A program made the position numbers and the translations under genes. The notes below the pieces were generated by a model that was not told where the DNA came from, ran no database searches, and was given only the letters and a program-made list of their open reading frames with translations. From Paraspadella gotoi (Eukaryota; Animalia; Chaetognatha), in the NCBI GenBank assembly GCA_051294375.1, contig CM119264.1, forward strand, positions 67,846-131,821: a DNA stretch of 63,976 nt, read 5' to 3'. Shown here in pieces: positions 12,290 through 23,975 of the stretch (position 1 is the stretch's first letter; each line of letters starts with the position of its first letter).

Positions 12290-13440
12290 TTTTTTTTGTC
12301 ATCGTCTGCTTCTATGTTTTCTCTATTTTTATTGTGTTTATATCATCTATTATTAACTATTATATATTTATTTATATTTATTTAATTTTTATATACTTAT
12401 ATATAATTTATTATATTTGTTTTAATTTTATATAATGTCGTCTCTGTTGTGAGGAGCGAGGGTGGACGAAAAAGGGAAGACGCCTTCCTCTCTCCTTTTC
12501 ACCGTAGAGGGTCGAAGAGTCAAAGGTGATTGGGGTCATGCTGGGTCATCCTGGGTCATCCTGGGTCATCGAAGGTCATTTGAGGTCATTGAACTTAGTC
12601 GCTTTTAAGATGTGATCGTGAAGTCGTGGACAGAAAGATTCATTCAAGCGANNNNNNNNNNTCTCTCTCTCTTAGAATTATGAAGAGCAAGAGATAGAGC
12701 GAGAGAGACAGAGAGAGAAATAGAGAAACAAGAAGAAAGAGAGAGAGAGAAAGAGAGGAAAGGTAAGAACGGCGGNNNNNNNNNNNNNNNNNNNNNNNNN
12801 ATCCAGCGGATTATTCTATCTACGAGCGGACACACACAGCACGACCGACTGAGAGAGAGAGAGAGCAGAGAGAGAAGAGGAGGAGAGAGAGCCACAGAGC
12901 AGAGCAGAGAGAGAGAGCAGGCACGCGAGAGACGGAAGAGAGAGTGTAAGCGGAGTGTGCATCCTATATAACGCATTCAGAACTATTAATGCCGCAACGT
13001 ACGCCGGTATGACATGAATATCATAGAGCGTCCTCGGTTTTCTAGTCCATCACCACGGACATAATACACGATACCGCCCGACTCACAATCATGCTCACAA
13101 GACAGGCGACTCTAATTCACATGACCTCAAATGAACCTCTTCGATGACCCAGGATGACCGCATACCCGCTCGCCGCATGCGCACACCGCCAAATGCAACC
13201 GTTTGACTCATCCGAGACCGTCTAATAGCACAGGTGGAAAAGGGAGAGAGGAAAGGCGTCGTTCCCTTTATATCGCATATCAACCACAGCCGGTCGCTTC
13301 CCTAAGCAGACAGAGACGACAAATAATATAAAATTGAGAAGCGACACCAATATAAGACGGCCTAATGTATAGATGACAGTATAGAATTAATAAATATATA
13401 ACTAGATCTAAACATGAACTAAAATAACTGAATACCAAAC
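12290..13440. other. Local inverted duplication across gaps (probable assembly artefact)
   Basis: 12420-12630 reappears reverse-complemented with many insertions at ~13075-13330, next to a 25-N gap (12776-12800). Confidence 0.65.
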
Positions 13441-14749
13441 AAACAATAAAAATTAACTTTCTTAATTAATTTCTTCTGAGTCTCAATTAAATCAAAAGAC
13501 GCAGCTGCTGTCGCTTCTGCTTNNNNNNNNNNTAAATCTACTCGTACTGCTGCTCCCGCTGCATTGCCGCTTCGCTCCCGCGGCGCTGCCGCGTCACAGT
13601 CGGAATCTCGCATAAAACGAGAGGAATCTTTGTCACTTTGACCAGAATTTTTCTTTTCTTTTTTTCTTTTCTTTTTATTTTCTTTTCCTTCTTTTTATTT
13701 TTCCTTTTTTTTATTCTTTTTCTTCCCTTTATTCCTTTTTTCCTCCTTTTTTCTCCTCCTTCCTCACTTCCCCACTCTATTCCACAGTCTTCCCAGAGGT
13801 CAGACCCCCTTCGCCTTTTGGAGCAAAAAAAGTCTTGAGGTAAATNNNNNNNNNNNNNNNNNNNNNNNNNNNNNNNNNNNNNNNNNNNNNNNNNNNNNNN
13901 NNNNNNNNNNNNNNNNNNNNNNNNNNNNNNNNNNNNNNNNNNNNNNNNNNNNNNNNNNNNNNNNNNNNNNNNNNNNNNNNNNNNNNNNNNNNNNNNNNNN
14001 NNNNNNNNNNNNNNNNNNNNNNNNNNNNNNNNNNNNNNNNNNNNNNNNNNNNNNNNNNNNNNNNNNNNNNNNNNNNNNNNNNNNNNNNNNNNNNNNNNNN
14101 NNNNNGAAAAAGAAAGAAAAAGAAAGAAAAATAAAGAAAAATAAAAAAGTAAAGAAAAAGAAATAAAAAAAATAAAAGGAAGAAAAAGAAAAAATAAAGA
14201 AAAAAATAAAAGGAAAGAAAAAGAAAAAAATAAAGAAAAAAAGAAAAAAGAAAGAAAAAGAAAAAAATATAAAAAAGAGAGAAAAAAATAAAAATATAGA
14301 AAATTAAAGAAAAGTAAAGAAAAAGAAAAAAAGAGAGAAAAATAAAGAAAAAAAAAGAAAAAAAAATAAAAGAAAAAAAAGAAAGAAAAAGAAAGAAAAA
14401 GAAAAAGAAAGAAATAAAGAAAAAGAAATAAAAAAAGAAGGAAAAGGAAATAAAAAAGAAAAAGAAATAAAATAATAAGAAAAAAAAAAGGAAAAAGAAA
14501 TAAAAAGAAAGAAAAAGAAAGAAAAAGAAAGAAAAAGAAAGAAAAAAAAGGAAAAAAGAAAGAAACAAAAAGGAAAAAGAAAGAAAAAGAAAAAAAAGGG
14601 GAAAGAAATAAAAAGAAAAAAAATAAATATAATGAAAGAAAGAAACTTTGTTCATGAATTATGGATTTTATGAAAAAAAAAAGAATTGATCCACTTTTCT
14701 TTTTTTTCTTTTTTTATCTCCTTTGACATTAGAATCTGAAATTCGTCTA

Positions 14750-14787
<38 letters not shown>

Positions 14788-14945
14788 NNNNNNNNNNNNN
14801 NNNNNNNNNNNNNNNNNNNNNNNNNNNNNNNNNNNNNNNNNNNNNNNNNNNNNNNNNNNNNNNNNNNNNNNNNNNNNNNNNNNNNNNNNNNNNNNNNNNN
14901 NNNNNNNNNNNNNNNNNNNNNNNNNNNNNNNNNNNNNNNNNNNNN

Positions 14946-14982
<37 letters not shown>

Positions 14983-15647
14983 CCGCCCGCGCGATAAAAC
15001 CTTCTCTGGGTAAATGAGCCGGGAGGAGAGGCGTCGCCCACTCCATCATTTATGGTCACCGTTAGTCGTTCAATGCAAAGTTTTTTTACCTTGATAGTTT
15101 CTCGTTTGGAGAATACATACTACACTGCGAGGCAANNNNNNNNNNGCTACTTTTTTTTGCGCCGTAAACGAAGATAGCAAATTGACTGCGTAGAAAAGAA
15201 AAAGAAAATGAATTAAACCAAATTATTATTTTCTGCATCAGAGTCAGTTTTATGATATACTGTCGCTGCTATTTACGAATGTCGAACCATCCAGAATAAT
15301 TACCATTTGTCATCAGCTCAATCTTTCGATATNNNNNNNNNNNNNNNNNNNNNNNNNNNNNNNNNNNNNNNNNNNNNNNNNNNNNNNNNNNNNNNNNNNN
15401 NNNNNNNNNNNNNNNNNNNNNNNNNNNNNNNNNNNNNNCAAGATAATGACACAGCAAGCTTTCAATCAAGACTTTCTCACAGTCTCGATATTTTTAGCTT
15501 TTTTTTTTAATTCTTTAAAGCAACAGACTCAATTCCTATTTTATATTTTCATGAGTCATAGTTTGCTGACGTCGTCGTCGTCGTCGTCGTCGTCGTTATT
15601 ATCAACGTTGAGTAAGGAATTAGATATTGTTGTTGAAATCTAATTTG

Positions 15648-15881
15648 TCAAAAAGTTTTCAAGAATTGCAAATTGCAGAATGCTGCTTTCATCATCACGT
15701 CGTCACGACAAACCTTCCTTTTGCTTTCCTGTTGCTGTTGGTCTTCCATCATCAATGGCGTCGAATCTGCAATTGCAATTCCAACTTCATCCGCATCATT
15801 GGCGCCATTTTTGTCTTTGACTCTTTTGAGACGAGACCCTTGAGGGTAGTTCGGGGTTTGGAGTGGGCGTGCCTGTCTCAT
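15648..15881 (-). CDS. Putative coding segment/exon of unknown gene (MRQARPLQTPNYPQGSRLKRVKDKNGANDADEVGIAIADSTPLMMEDQQQQESKRK...)
   Basis: Non-repetitive 77-codon ORF. Possible acceptor ...gtctag| immediately before the ATG and donor AAG|gtttgt at 15714. No family recognised. Confidence 0.25.
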   Translation of the reverse strand: MRQARPLQTPNYPQGSRLKRVKDKNGANDADEVGIAIADSTPLMMEDQQQQESKRKVCRDDVMMKAAFCNLQFLKTF

Positions 15882-16121
15882 CTAGACCACAAACAAATGT
15901 CGTCGTCGTCATCGTCGTCGTCGTCGTCGTCGTCATGTTTTTTTTCTTTCCGTTGATATAAAATTTCCCTCCACCAAANNNNNNNNNNNNNNNNNNNNNN
16001 NNNNNNNNNNNNNNNNNNNNNNNNNNNNNNNNNNNNNNNNNNNNNNNNNNNNNNNNNNNNNNNNNNNNNNNNNNNNNNNNNNNNNNNNNNNNNNNNNNNN
16101 NNNNNNNNNNNNNNNNNNNNN

Positions 16122-16155
<34 letters not shown>

Positions 16156-18609
16156 GATGAATGTAGTTAAAGTTTTCGCGGGAAAAAAAATTCTCTCAGA
16201 AAAGTTGGAGAGAGAAAAACGCCTACTTTTTCCCCTCGTTAAATAGAGGGCAAGACGACGACGACGACGACGATGACGACGACGAAGATGATGATNNNNN
16301 NNNNNNNNNNNNNNNNNNNNNNNNNNNNNNNNNNNNNNNNNNNNNNNNNNNNNNNNNNNNNNNNNNNNNNNNNNNNNNNNNNNNNNNNNNNNNNNNNNNN
16401 NNNNNNNNNNNNNNNNNNNNNNNNNNNNNNNNNNNNNNNNNNNNNNNNNNNNNNNNNNNNNNNNNNNNNNNNNNNNNTCTGTTAAGAAAAGCTTACTGCT
16501 CCTATACCAGATTGAGACCTTTAATTCATTATAATGAATATGAGGTGTAGCGGTAGTATTTCATACCCTGCTACTCGTCCGAGNNNNNNNNNNNNNNNNN
16601 NNNNNNNNNNNNNNNNNNNNNNNNNNNNNNNNNNNNNNNNNNNNNNNNNNNNNNNNNNNNNNNNNNNNNNNNNNNNNNNNNNNNNNNNNNNNNNNNNNNN
16701 NNNNNNNNNNNNNNNNNNNNNNNNNNNNNNNNNNNNNNNNNNNNNNNNNNNNNNNNNNNNNNNNNNNNNNNNNNNNNNNNNNNNNNNNNNNNNNNNNNNN
16801 NNNNNNNNNNNNNNNNNNNNNNNNNNNNNNNNNNNNNNNNNNNNNNNNNNNNNNNNNNNNNNNNNNNNNNNNNNNNTCTGTTAAGAAAAGCTTACTGCTC
16901 CTATACCAGATTGAGAAACTTTAATTCATTATAATGAATATGCGGTGTAGCGGTAGTATTTCATACCCTGCTACTGTGTCGGACAACAGCCCGATCCGAA
17001 GTTCGGGACCTTGTGTGCAACGGACGGTCAACTTCTCGCGGCATTGTCTTCCACATTGGTGAGCCCACACGAACACGCTGGCACGTTAACACACCTCTGC
17101 CCTCGACCATCGTGTGTGAAGACGGGAGCAGGAATAGGCAGCCCCTCCTAGAGTGCTCGGGCACAACGCGTACATCATCGCCATCACACTTGCGCGGGTG
17201 TGTGATGCCTAGAGGGTAGAGCGTTGAAAAATAACAAAATATAACAAATCAAGTGAGGTACATAGCTATTAATCATTATTTTTAGAATTATCTACTTACC
17301 TTGTTTATATTACTTTTTTATTTGATTTAATAATAATTTATAGAATAAATAGCAACCATTTTGTTTTGGCTTAATGATTCAATCGCTCACAACTTCAAAT
17401 AATACAATTTAAATATCAAATTAATTAGTATATTTTTATCAATTTTTGTATTTTTTTTTATTTGTTTATTTGTTTTTATTAATGCATTTATTTTGTGCAA
17501 ATTTAAATTTAAATAATTTAAATCTATTTAAAATATTTTTTACGTCATTTTTTTAATAAATTTTATTTTAAAATAAAAAAATTATCTAAAAATTAAAAAA
17601 GTGAAAAACTAAGGCTTACTTAAAATGTTTTGCAAAGAATAATTGATAAAAATTGAATTCGAAATATAGTATCATAAATGGTAAGAACTTAACTTTGACA
17701 TTCTTTTCTCAGAAAAAAGATTTAATAACACAGTTCCGCATAATATGTAAAAGTTAACCGACAGTACCATTGGGACACACTGTATTATACTTATTATACA
17801 TATATATTCATCATATTTAATTCGCCGGTTTGTCCTCACCGCCTCTCAAACTCTGCGATTCACCGTCATCGCCCATCACTGCCCCTTACCACACATTCAC
17901 TGCCCCTTACCTCACTTTCACTGCCCCTTACCTCANNNNNNNNNNNNNNNNNNNNNNNNNCGAAAGCGAGACACATTGCCTGTTGTGAAGTTGCTGCGGT
18001 GAAGAAATGATGTTGAAACTATGTTGAAAAGAATCAGTCGAGGATTTTGCCCTTTGAAAAAAAGGGGAGAGAGAGAGAGAGAGTGAGAGGAATCATTTTA
18101 TTTGGGGGAGGGGAGACAAAGGAGAGGGTAGAAGGGGGCAGAAGGGACAATAGGGAGGGAGGAAAGGGGACAAAGGGAGGAGGAAAGGGGTAAACCAATG
18201 GGGACAAAGGGGGGAGGTAATTGGGACAAAGGGAAGGGAGGAAAGAAGGAGAAGGGAACCAAGACGGTTGGGAAGACAAGAGGAGAGTGAAGTTGGACAA
18301 GTGGGAAATGACAAGGGAGGAGGAAGGGGAAAAGGAAAGGGGGAATGGGCAAGGAGGGAGAACAGGGAGTAGTAAAGAAAGAATATTTTTTTTCTTTTGC
18401 TCCTTTTTTTTGGGAATCCAGAGGCGTCGCAGGAGGCGAAACAGCGGGGCGGAGACGCTAAGGGAGAGAAAGAGAGAAAGAAGAGAGAGAGAGAGGGAGA
18501 GGGTGGGAGGGGAAAAGGTTGAGATCCGGACTGGAAAGATCCGATATCATTTGGCATAAAGAGATGATCCGATAAAAAGAGACACGATCCTTCGTGAGCG
18601 TTAATCGTA

Positions 18610-18640
<31 letters not shown>

Positions 18641-18780
18641 CGAGAGAGAGAGAGAGAGAGAAGAGAGAGAGAGGGAGAGAAGAGTATACAGTAAAATTCT
18701 TTTATATCCACGACGTCAGATGCAATAAATATTAATCAAAAGAAGACGGAGTGAATTTCTAGGGAGGTGAAAGAAGTAAA

Positions 18781-20408
18781 GAGCTGTGATGTGAGATAAG
18801 GGGCAGTGGAAGTGAGGTAAGGGGCTGCTGATGTGAAGATAGGGCAGTGAAAGTGGAGTAAGGGGCTGTGATGTGAGATAAGGGGCATGAAAGTGAGGTT
18901 AAGGGCTGTGAATGTGAGATAAGGGGCAGTGAAAGTGAGAGTAAGGGGCTGTGAATGTGAGATAAGGGGCAGTGAAAGTGAGGTAAGGGGCTGTGAATGT
19001 GAGATAAGGGGCAGTGAATGTTGAGGATAAGGGGCTGTAGAATGTGAGATAGGTGTGAAGTGAAAGGCCTGGAGATTAGGAAGGGCGTGATAAGAAGGGG
19101 TAAAGGAGTAAGGGTGTAAGATAAGGGGCAGTGGAAAGTGAGGTAAGGGGCTGTGAATGCTGAGATAAGGGCACTGAAGTGAGGTAAGGGGTGTGAATGT
19201 GAGAATAAGGGGCAGTGAATGTGAGATAAGGGGCAGGAGTGAGATAGTAGATGAAGTGAAGGAGGGCTGTGAAAGTGAGGTAGATAGTGAGTAGCGAAGT
19301 GAAAGCGAGTGGCTTGATGGAATAGGGCAGTGAAGAGGCGTAGTGAATAGATAGGAATGTAGTAAGGGGCAGTAGAAAGTGGATAAGGTTCAGTGAAAGT
19401 GAGGTAAGAGGCTGTGAAAGTGAGTAAGGGCAGTGAAAGTAAAGTAAGGGCAGTGAAAGCGAGGTAAGGGGCTGTGAATGTGAGATAAGGGAGTGAAATG
19501 AGGTAAGGGGCTGTGAATGTGGAGATAAGGGGGCAACTGAAAGTGAGGTAAGGGGCAGTGAAAGTGAGGTAAAGGGGCTAGTGAAAGGCGAGGTAAGGGG
19601 CAGTGAAAGTGAAGGTAACGGGGGCAGTGAAAGCGGATAAGGGGCAGTGGAAAGCGAGGTAAGGGCTGTGAATGTGAGATGGGGCGTGAAAGTGAGGTAA
19701 GGGGGGCTGTGAATGGGTGAGATAAGGGGCAGTGAAAGTGAGGTAAGGGGTGTGAATGTTGAGATAAGGGCAGTGAAGTGAGGTACGGGGCTGTGAATGT
19801 GAGATAAGGGGCAGTGAAAGTGAGGTAAGGGGCTGTGAATGTGAGATAAGGGGCAGTGAAAGTGAGGTAGGGGCTGGTGAATGTGAGATAAGGGGCAGTG
19901 AAAGTGAGATAAGGGGCAGTAAAGCTGAGGTAAGGGGCGGCAGAATGAAGTGAGGTAGCGGGCAGTGAAAGTGGGTAAGGGGCAGTGCAAGCTGAGATAA
20001 GGGCAGTGAAAAGTGAGATAAGGTTCAAGTGAAAGTGAGGTAAGAGGCTGTGAAAGTGAGGTAAGGGGCAGTGAAGTAAAGTTAAGGGGCAGTGAAAGCG
20101 AGGTAAGGGGCTGGAATGTTGAGATAAAAGGGGCAGTGAAAGTGAGGTAGGGCTGTGAATGTGAGATATAAGGGCAACTGAAAGTTGAGGTAAGGGGCAG
20201 TGGAAAGTGAGGCTTAAGGGGCATGAAAGCGAGGTAAGGGGCAGTGAAAGTGAGGTAAGGGGGCAGTGAACGAGCGAAGGTAAGGGGCAAAGTGAAAGAG
20301 TGAGGTAAGCGGGCAGTGAAAGTGACGGTAACGGGCCCATGAAAGTGGAGGTAGGGGCAGTGAAGTGAGGTAAGGGGTGCAGTGAAAATGTGTGGTAGAG
20401 GGCAGTGA
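18781..20408. repeat. ~1.6-kb minisatellite of ~21-bp units (AAGGGGCAGTGAAAGTGAGGT / AAGGGGCTGTGAATGTGAGAT)
   Basis: Continuous tandem array. Its reverse complement begins at 17877-17935 before the gap. Confidence 0.92.
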
Positions 20409-20914
20409 TCGGGCGATGACGTTGATCGCAGAGGTTTGAGAGGCCGGTGAGGACAACCGTGAATTAAATATGATTAATATGATATATGATGATAAATAGG
20501 TGAATATATATGTATAATAAGTATAATACAGTGTGTCAATGGTACTCGTGGTTAACTTTTACATATTATGCGGAAACGTGGTTATTCTTTTTTCTTTCTG
20601 AGAAAAGGAATGTCAAAGTTAAGGTCTCTTTACCATTTAGATACTATACTTTCGAAAATTCAATTTTATCAATTAATTCTTGCTGCAAAACATTTAAGCT
20701 AAGCGCTTAGTTTTTTTTTTTCACTTTTTTTAAATTTTAGATAATATTTTTTTATTTAAAATAAAATTTATGTTAAAATAAGACGTAAAAAATATTTAAA
20801 TAGATTAAATTATTTAAATTATTTGTTAAAATAAATGAGTAATAAAAAACAATGAAACAATAATAAAAAAATTAGAACAAAATTGATAATATACTAATTA
20901 ATTTTGATATTTAT

Positions 20915-21047
20915 TTGTAGCGAGTTGAAAAATGATGCGAGTTGAAATAATTGATGGCGAGTTTGTATGATGCGAGTTATCATACTCGATTACCCGCTTA
21001 ATATCGTAGGCAGATCTCGACACTGTTTTGCTTTTAACTTGTTTTTA
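20915..21047 (+). mobile_element. Terminal fragment of DINE-1/HINE-like family A
   Basis: ccgcttaatatcgtaggcagatctcgacactgttttgcttttaacttgtttt is the reverse complement of the element end at 34524-34572, and is preceded by the gcgagttgaaaaatgat repeats seen (rc) at 34740-34990. Confidence 0.6.
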
Positions 21048-22314
21048 TATTAAATGGTAGAATGCAAGATATATTAAATTAATCAAGTATAATTAGAATA
21101 AGTTATATTAATTAATCATTAATAAATATATTTAATTAGTGCGGTACAATTATCTATCAATTAATTATTCAAGTAAAAATGCAAGGATTATTTGGTTTCC
21201 ACATATTACTTTATTCTCATCAATTCAATTATTTATAAATTAATTAATTATTAATTAGTAAATTAAATCAGTCAATCACGTTCAATCGTTATCAGCATTT
21301 TATTCGTTGTCCATCGCCATCATCGTCGTCTTTTTTTGTCGTGGTCAAACCTTGACGAAAAGACCTAAAAACAAACATTTTGGATCAAAAATAATTAATT
21401 TATTAATTAAATTGTTTTTTAGTTTATATCCACGTTTGTATTGATTAATTAAACCGAGCTAATGCATCGTGGGACAGATCCGTGCAGGTTGGGCTTTGTC
21501 TCAATAATTTAAACTTGTTTACTGAAGATTTAAATTGATGACCATTAAAGAAAACTATTTGAAGAGTAAACAGTGATAATGTATTGTGTTAATGACAGAA
21601 CAGTTCATATAAATATAGTCAGTCCCTTAAGAGCTTTCGATGCAGGCCTGTAACACGATGTTATTAATATCAATAAATAAAAGTATATACAAGGTAAGTT
21701 AGAATGACAGGCGGGGTTAAGCGCCCCGTCCCTTTTTAACTGCTAGGCGACTACGAAAGCTAGAACCCCGGACGACTTTATGGTTTGGAAGGCGAATGAC
21801 TTGACTCCAGGCACGCAAATGGCCCGCTAATGAACGGTTGGGTGGAGTTTTGGTCCACCATAAAGTTTTTACATGAGTAAATATCAATTTCATCTATTAA
21901 ATTAAAATATAATAAACGTCCAGTACTTATTGCATAGCCAGACATGAGGAAAAAAATTTATAGATAATTTGATTTGCTAAAACATGAAGTAGGTACGCGT
22001 CAGTTGATTTGGTTATATTTTGTTATTTTGCTTTCGCATTTTTTTGCGTGTCACTACAGTTCTGGCATCACACCGCGGCAGTGTGTGGCGATGATGTTCC
22101 GGCGGTTGTTGGACGAGCTTGGAGGGCTGCTATTTCTGCTCGTTTCCAACACCGATGGTCCGAGGAGAGGTGGTGTACGTGCCAGCGTGTTCGTGTGGGC
22201 TCACCATGTGGAGACATGCCGCGAGAAGTGACCTCCGTTGCCACACAGGCCGAACTTCGGAATCGGGCTGTTGTCCCGAACTACAGGTGGGTTGACGCCC
22301 GTCCGTTTTACTTG

Positions 22315-22395
22315 TGGTGATCAGCAGGCGCGATCCGAGTCTTTTTGGTTTTGGAGAGCTCGTGCTACCTGCGGCGCCATAGGTGCTGCCTGATT
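22315..22395 (-). mobile_element. Degenerate tRNA-like head, possible SINE (related copy at 52781-52859)
   Basis: Homologous to 52781-52859, whose minus strand reads TATGGCGCCGCACGTAGCG...AGGACCCCGGGTTCGCGCCC (A-box/B-box-like). Followed on the minus strand by a ~250-bp GC-rich body (22060-22300; also 16980-17215). Confidence 0.35.
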
Positions 22396-22768
22396 CTCTG
22401 GACGAGTACAGGTATGAAATACTACCGGCTACACCGTCATATTCATTATAATGAATAAGGTCCCATCTGGTATAGGCAGTAAGCTTTTCTTAACAGACAG
22501 TACCATTGGGACACACTTGCAGATATATTATGAAATGTAAAAAAATGTGGCAAAAAAACTGGCAGAAATTATCATAAACATCCATTATCGTCATCATCAC
22601 CATCATCATCATCTTCGTCGTCGTCATGAGTCGTCGTCGTCGTCGTCTTGGCCCTTATTTAACGAGGGGAAAAAGTAGGCGTTTTTCTCTCTCCGCAACT
22701 TTCTGAGAGAATTTTTTTTCCCGCGAAAACTTTAACTACATTCATCGTTCTCTCTCTCTCTCTCTCTC

Positions 22769-22820
<52 letters not shown>

Positions 22821-22929
22821 TTTTTTTTTTTTACTTTGACGAGTTAAAAAAGAGAAGCTGCTTTTTTTTTTTCAAATGAGGGAATATTTTTGGTGAAGGG
22901 AAATTTTATATGCAACGGAAAGAAAAAAA

Positions 22930-23975
22930 ACATGACGACGACGACGACAGACGACCGGACGATGACGACGACGACATTTGTTTGTGTCTAGATCGAGCAA
23001 GGCCCCCCACTCCAAACCCCGAACTAACCCTCAAGGGTCTCGTCTCAAAGAGTCAAAGACAAAATGGCGCCAATGATGCGGATGAAGTTGGGACATTGCA
23101 ATTGCAGATTCGACGCCATTGTGATGGAAGACCAACAGCAACAGGAAAGCAAAAGGAAGGTTTGTCGTGACGACGTGATGATGAAAGCAGCATTCTGCAA
23201 TTTGCACTTCTTGGAAATTTGTGAGACATTTTTACAACATATTATCTTATCAAGATAATCGATCGACGACGACGACGACGACGACGATGACGACGACGAC
23301 ATTGTTTGTGGTCTAGATGAGACACTTTAAGGCACGCCCACTCCAAACCCCGAAACATACCCTCAAGGGTCTCGCTCAAAAGAGTCAAAGACAAAATGGC
23401 GCCAATGATGCGGATGAAGTTGGAATTGCAATTGCAGATTCGAAAGCATTGATGATGGAAGACCAATCAGCAACAGGAAAGCAAAAGGAAGTTTGTCCGT
23501 GACGACGTGAATGAGAAAGCACATTCTGCAATTTTGCAATTCTTGAAAACTTTTGGTGGAGGGACAATTTTTATCACGGAAAGAAAAAAACATGACGACG
23601 ACTGACGACGCACAGCGAGCGACGACGACAGTGTGTGGTCTAGCATGAGACAGGCCCCCAGCTCCAAACGCCCAACTACCTCACGCGTCCTCGAGTCTCA
23701 AAAGAGTCACAAAGACAAAAATGGCGCCAATGAATGCGCGATGAAGTCTGGAATTGCAAATATGCAGATTCGACGCCCATTGATGATGGAAAGACAACAG
23801 CAACAGGGCAAGCAAAAGGGAAGGTTTGTCGTGACGAAGAACGTGATGATGAAAGCAGCGCATTCTGCATTTGCAATTCTGAAACTTTTTTGACAAATTA
23901 ATTTCAACAACAATATCTAATTCCTTACTCAACGTTGATATTTTACGTACGGACGACGACGACGACGACGACGTC
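22930..23975 (+). repeat. Three tandem ~330-bp units separated by (GAC)n
   Basis: gtctagatgagac...caaaatggcgccaatgatgcggatgaagttgg...gcattctgcaa occurs three times (~22930, ~23265, ~23590). One copy (rc) at 15570-15978. Confidence 0.85.

Larger units (their letters stand above)
20529..22519. mobile_element. ~2-kb non-autonomous Tc1/mariner-like element (TIR CAGTGTGTCCCAATGGTACTGT)
   Basis: taCAGTGTGTCAATGGTACT at 20527 is inverted against ACAGTACCATTGGGACACACT(T)G at 22497-22519. A clean copy of the TIR plus TA is at 17760-17784 (gacagtaccattgggacacactgTA). Confidence 0.6.

Noticed and set aside
14980-15070. GC-rich island with homeodomain-like sites (TCATTTATGG, TAAATGA)
   Set aside because: Short motifs expected by chance; no homeobox sequence in the window and no conservation data.
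16478-16975. Short direct repeats flanking N gaps (also 32029-32188 and 55985-56410) as LTRs or TSDs
   Set aside because: They sit exactly at gap edges and are typical contig-overlap artefacts; the long-read copy of the 16.5-kb region shows a single instance.
19076-20340. 404-aa and 316-aa ORFs
   Set aside because: Translations of the C-rich strand of a minisatellite that lacks stop codons. Open in several frames despite many indels.
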